Source of the DNA: Octopus bimaculoides
Lineage: Eukaryota
Direction of reading: 5' to 3'
Assembly (NCBI RefSeq): GCF_001194135.2
Contig: NC_068991.1
Span: 65,495,382-65,559,381, forward strand
DNA: 64,000 bases
The notes under the pieces are model-generated. The model was not told the origin of the DNA, made no database searches, and was given only the letters and a program-made list of their open reading frames with translations. Both the position numbers and the translations under genes were made by a program. The stretch's first letter is position 1, and the number at the start of each line of letters is the position of its first letter. Shown here in pieces: positions 63,400 to 64,000 of this stretch.

Positions 63400-64000
63400 A
63401 AATGCACCTGGACATATAATCAATGGTGATTCCCGGATGGGGGGGGGAGGGCATTACGTGTTTTGGGTCTTTCAATATCAGATACCCTCACCCAGGTGAT
63501 TCAGCAAGAGTTGATGAATTCCAGGAGTGTGCCCTGTTAACACTACTCTTCGTAGCACTGCCCCTTCCGGAGTTCGCACCTTCTGCTCTACAATCCCCTT
63601 GAGGCAATCTCTGTTGCCCCCACGACCAGCCTGGTAGCCTTCCTGTACTGGCACCTGTGATGTCAAACAACTCTGTAAAGAGGCTGGCCTGCAAAAAAAC
63701 CTATATCCCACCTCGATGGGGTCACACCCTGCTTTCCAGCCATTACTTTGGCACAATCCACCAGCTCAGCATATTCCCTCTTCTTCCTCTCGTTAGCCTC
63801 CTCCAAGCGTTCCTCCCAAAGAACGAAGAATTCTAACAGAACTACCTGCTTAGGTGCTTCTGAGATTATCACCATAGTCAGTCTTAATAATGTAGTGACG
63901 ACAGTTTCCGGAAACTTCAGCTGCTTCTGCAGGTCGACTTTCAACACCCAGTCTTATGTTGTTGCAAATAGACCCAAGGGAGCAGACTCAGTAGCAGGCA
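63400..64000 (-). pseudogene. Hero/NeSL-type (R2 superfamily) LINE 3' end with restriction-like endonuclease, decayed
   Basis: DWVLKVDLQKQLKFP...LRLTMVIISE..KQVVLLEFFVLWEERLEEANERK...YAELV/CQSNGWKAGCDPIEVG; the PD motif is mutated and there are frameshifts. Confidence 0.85.

Noticed and set aside
60300-63400. Divergent partner gene (human CAMKMT is head-to-head with PREPL, recalled)
   Set aside because: No plus-strand coding exon recognisable upstream in this window.
753-63475. Numerous long ORFs with poly-H/I/M/D/VC/TH/X tracts
   Set aside because: They are translations of microsatellites or N gaps lacking stops, not genes.

Overview
Eukaryotic, AT-rich, microsatellite- and SINE-dense genomic DNA with many N gaps. 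The repeat repertoire suggests a cephalopod, most likely an Octopus short-read assembly (inference). The window appears to be almost entirely one ~59.5-kb first intron of a minus-strand gene resembling calmodulin-lysine N-methyltransferase (CAMKMT). Coding exon 1 is 60161-59955 (ends ...MQRWQILAK|GTAAGC) and exon 2 is 425-247 (ALNGKK...STRRFTSLGLL...ELIINIR), joined in frame. The intron holds at least five tRNA-type/SINE-like families and decayed LINE pieces: Dong/R4-type inserted in (TAA)n, RTE, Penelope-like RT, and a Hero/NeSL-type fragment upstream of the gene. It also holds a dead mariner transposase, MITEs, Helentron-associated (HINE-like) elements and minisatellites. Most notable: a fold-back element carrying two minimal hammerhead-ribozyme cores (55239-55396), stacked TAA-targeted retroelements, and several inverted duplications/palindromes. 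No prokaryotic features, CRISPR arrays, rRNA or clear functional tRNA genes were found. Most long ORFs in the track are microsatellite or gap artefacts. Repeat boundaries are approximate and were read by eye.
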